From assembly GCA_963796685.1 (NCBI GenBank), contig CAWCMR010000014.1, positions 96,001 through 160,000 of the forward strand: 64,000 bases of DNA, read 5' to 3'. Source of the DNA: an uncultured delta proteobacterium (lineage in GTDB: Bacteria; Myxococcota_A; Polyangia; Fen-1088). The translations under genes were made by a program, and so were the position numbers. Shown here piece by piece: positions 60,876 through 64,000 of the stretch (within the stretch, counting starts at the first letter, position 1; each line of letters opens with the position of its first letter). The notes under the pieces were generated by a model, which worked only from the letters and a program-made list of their open reading frames with translations, ran no database searches and had not been told where the DNA came from.

Positions 60876-61010
60876 GGTGGTCCTCCGTGAAGCATCTGAG
60901 TCTCCCAGTAGCAACGTTCGGGCCAATTTCTCGAAGCCGCGCTTGAGCGGGCAATTCCATGAGCTTTTCGCGGATTTTCTCAGAATTCTGAGGCGCCGCC
61001 GCCAGCCTGG

Positions 61011-62094
61011 TCAGGCCATGGTCCCGGGCCAACTCAATCCGAGAAACACCGGCTCGGGACTGAGGTCGACGGCGAAGCGGGCGAGGACAACGGCGCGCAC
61101 ATGTAGGGCGAGACGAAGCAGGTCGGCGGTGGTGCCGCCACCGTGATGGACGAGAGCGAGCGCGTGGCGCGAGGAGATCCCGACCGGTCCCATACGGAAG
61201 CCCTTGGGCAGGCCTGCTCGCTCGATCAGCCAGCCCGCCGCCAATTTCACTCGGCCGTCCGCCAAGGCAAAGCGGGGCATGTCCTCGGGCTCGTGCACGA
61301 AGCCGGCCGCGACCGCGCGATGGGCGATCTCGGCGGCGAGCTCGGCCGTGACGACAGGATTGGTGAAGAACGAGCCCGCGCTGCGCCGATTGGGATCCGC
61401 CTGGTCGAGAACCATGGATTTTCTTCGCCGCAGGGCCAGCACGGCTTCGCGAGCCTCGGCCAAGCTGGGGTTCGAGTTGCCGGAACATGCGGAGGCCAGC
61501 TCGGCGTAGCGAAGCGCCGGCCGGCCGCCCATCGCCAAGCCCAGCGTTACCGAGAGAATGACGAACCGGTCGGGCTGGCGCTTGAAGAGGCTTGCCCGGT
61601 AGCCGAAACCACAATCTTCGGGCGCGAGCTTCCCGTGCTTCGAGGGACTGACGATCGAGAGCCCGGACGCTTCGGATCGTTTCGGCGACCTCTTGCCCGT
61701 AGGCGCCGATGTTTTGCACCGGCGCGGCGCCGACGGTGCCAGGGATGCCGGAGAGGCACTCGATCCCGGCCGCGTGGCGAAGGACGGCCTCCGCCACCAT
61801 GTCATCCCACGACTCGCCGGCTTGGACCTCCACGCACAATTCGCCGCCCGCCTCGGTCCAGCGCAGCCCGTACGTGTGCATGTGCAGCACCAGACCCTGG
61901 TAACCCTCATCGGCGACCACCAGGTTCGAGCCACCGCCCAGGATGAAGACGGGCAGGTCCCGTTCCTTTGCCCAGCGCAGGGCATTCGCCACGTCGGACG
62001 CGTCGGTAATCTCGGCGAAGAAGCGCGCGCTCCCGCCCAATCTGAAAGTGGTCAGGGGGGCGAGGGGGGCGAATGGAACGATGGTGAAGGCCAC
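61011..62094 (-). CDS. murB: UDP-N-acetylenolpyruvoylglucosamine reductase, frameshift near 61631 (probable sequencing error)
   Basis: TTFRLGG, LGGGSN, GIPGTVGAAPVQNIGAYG, then CGFGYRAS, SAGSFFTNP, AAGWLIE, HALALV, PEP in the next frame. Confidence 0.9.
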
Positions 62095-62152
62095 GTCAGG
62101 CGCAGGTTACACCCTTAGGGCGCAAGCAGTCGGTCGGGATGGCGCAAGTTCC

Positions 62153-62860
62153 TCAACTCTTGCTTTGCGCCAGGAGCCAGTGCAGGACCTCCATGTTCTG
62201 ATAGGCGATGTTCCACATGTTGTGGCCGCCGCCCTCGATCTCGGTGTAGCGAGGCGAGCCGCCCGCGGCGCGCAGCGCGCGCACCATCTGGCGCGAGCCG
62301 CGCACGGGCACGGCCGGGTCGCTGTCGCCATGGAAGACCCACAGCGGTAGAGCGCGAATCGCGGCGGCTTGCGACGGATCGCCGCCGCCGCACAGGGCGA
62401 GCGCGCCGGCGAACATGCCCGGATTGCGTGTCAGGATGTCGAAGACGCCGAAGCCGCCCATGGAAGGCCCGGTGACGAGGAGCCGATTGGCGTCGATGGG
62501 CAGCTCGCTTTGCAGCGATGCCAGCAGGGCCGTCACCGCGGTCATGGGTTTGCTGATGGCGGTCCTGGCCAAGGTATAGGAGCCGTCGACCCAGGGTGCC
62601 TCCACCCACTGCATCCCCGGCGGGCACTGCGGGTAGACGACGATGGTCCGGTGTCCGGCCTGCGCCTCGGGCGCGATCCAGGCCAGCGCGTCGTTCTTGA
62701 GCTGGGCCTGATTGTCGCTGCCTCGCTCGCCGGCTCCGTGCAGAAAAAGGAGGAGTCCGCACGGATTTTGGGCGCTGCAGCTTGTGGGCACGAAGAGCCG
62801 GTAGGGCAGGGCAAGCCCGCTCGCGGGATGGGTGAAAATGTGGGATTGAAGGTCGGCCAT
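62153..62860 (-). CDS. Alpha/beta hydrolase (phospholipase/carboxylesterase-like)
   Basis: LFLHGAGERG, PQCP, GPSMGG (Ser), FHGDSD (Asp), GGHNMW (His). Confidence 0.85.
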   Translation of the reverse strand: MADLQSHIFTHPASGLALPYRLFVPTSCSAQNPCGLLLFLHGAGERGSDNQAQLKNDALAWIAPEAQAGHRTIVVYPQCPPGMQWVEAPWVDGSYTLARTAISKPMTAVTALLASLQSELPIDANRLLVTGPSMGGFGVFDILTRNPGMFAGALALCGGGDPSQAAAIRALPLWVFHGDSDPAVPVRGSRQMVRALRAAGGSPRYTEIEGGGHNMWNIAYQNMEVLHWLLAQSKS

Positions 62861-63084
62861 GTTGTTTCTGGTGCAGCGTCGGCCGCGGGGTGCCATTGTG
62901 ATGCAATAACGAGGCTTGGGTCACGCTCTGATTCTCGCTGTCACGGTGCAACGCGGGGGCGAGAATGTGCATCTTACCAGGCGTGGATCACTTGACGAAT
63001 TCCCTGGCACGGGGCTCCATGGATTCCCGTGCCGATCCCGAGACTTCCTGGAACACTTCGCAAGGCGCAGAGCAAAGAACGTCC

Positions 63085-64000
63085 ATGGCCACAGAAACCG
63101 CACCAGAAGATCGCCCCAACCTTCCCCAAGACACCGATCCGGAGGAGACACGCGAGTGGATCGAATCGCTGGCCTCGACCATGGAGCGCGAAGGCGTCGA
63201 ACGCGCGCACTTCATTCTGGAACGGCTTGTCGACCACGCGCGGCGCTCCGGGGCACACTTGCCCTTCGACGCGACCACGGCCTACGTCAACACCATTCCG
63301 GTGACGCAGCAGCCTCGCGTGCCGGGCGATCCGGGGCTCGAGCGGCGCATTCGTTCGTTCATTCGCTGGAACGCGCTGGCCATGGTGGTGAATGCCAATC
63401 GTAAGTCGTCAGAGCTCGGCGGCCACATCGCCAGCTTCGCTTCCATAGCCACGCTGTACGATGTCGGTTTCAACCATTTCTTTCGCGGTCCCGAGGCCGA
63501 AGGTGGTGGCGATCTGGTCTACTTCCAGGGCCACTCGGCCCCCGGCATCTACGCGCGTGCCTTCCTCGAAGGACGCATCAGCGAGGAGCAACTGCGCTCT
63601 TTCCGTCAGGAAGTCGAAAGCGACGGCAAGGGACTGTCGTCGTATCCGCATCCCTACCTGATGCCCGACTTCTGGCAGTTCTCGACGGTGTCCATGGGGC
63701 TGACGTCGATGATGGCCATCTACCAGGCGCGCTTCATGCGCTACCTCGAGCACCGGGGCATTCTCGACACCAGCGGGCGCAAGGTGTGGGCGTTCCTTGG
63801 CGACGGCGAGATGGACGAGCCCGAATCCCAGGGCGCGATCTCCCTGCCTGCGCGCGAGCACCTCGACAATCTCGTCTTCGTGGTCAACTGCAACCTGCAG
63901 CGCCTGGACGGTCCGGTGCGCGGCGACGGCAAAATCGTGCAGGAGCTGGAGGCATCGTTCCGTGGCGCGGGCTGGAACGTCATCAAGGTCCTGTGGGGCT
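63085..64000 (+). CDS. aceE: Pyruvate dehydrogenase E1, homodimeric type, 3' end outside window
   Basis: Hand translation [77 protein letters not shown]. Confidence 0.95.
   Translation, partial: MATETAPEDRPNLPQDTDPEETREWIESLASTMEREGVERAHFILERLVDHARRSGAHLPFDATTAYVNTIPVTQQPRVPGDPGLERRIRSFIRWNALAMVVNANRKSSELGGHIASFASIATLYDVGFNHFFRGPEAEGGGDLVYFQGHSAPGIYARAFLEGRISEEQLRSFRQEVESDGKGLSSYPHPYLMPDFWQFSTVSMGLTSMMAIYQARFMRYLEHRGILDTSGRKVWAFLGDGEMDEPESQGAISLPAREHLDNLVFVVNCNLQRLDGPVRGDGKIVQELEASFRGAGWNVIKVLWG

Noticed and set aside
61620-61640. Programmed frameshifting in murB or hyfB
   Set aside because: No slippery heptamer or stimulatory structure is evident; many similar indels point to sequencing error.

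Overview
GC-rich bacterial DNA with hallmarks of Myxococcota/Polyangia (inferred from a MYXO-CTERM sorting tail, many lipoproteins with Gly/Ser/Thr-rich linkers and a TPR + Cys-rich lipoprotein gene pair). Housekeeping genes sit at both ends (TldD-like, dapL; galM, murB, aceE). From about 3 to 21 kb is an accessory region with three lipid-anchored GH30 genes, an EGF-repeat protein and a pile of mobile elements (IS4 with IRs and a 10-bp DR, integrase remnant, a four-gene DDE/ExeA transposon with an internal deletion, IS1182-like remnant). It is bracketed by two inverted copies of an 80-bp promoter/leader. The best candidate for an undescribed system is 21.5-23.9 kb: a surface-anchored His-brace (LPMO-like) protein overlapping a membrane-anchored SCO-cytochrome c-YHS triple fusion, which could serve as a dedicated copper-loading/electron-donor partner. 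Also notable: an Ehr (Ni-less hydrogenase-4-like) operon preceded by two Xis-HTH-EIIA(Ntr) genes with 10-bp-phased repeats; a REP-doublet insertion with a 59-bp duplication that rebuilds a gene start in that operon; an ISL3 splitting a hybrid kinase; and several genes collapsed by large internal deletions. Single-base frameshifts occur even in murB, so many frameshifts are probably sequencing errors. No rRNA, tRNA or CRISPR array was seen. All family calls come from motif recognition, not database searches.
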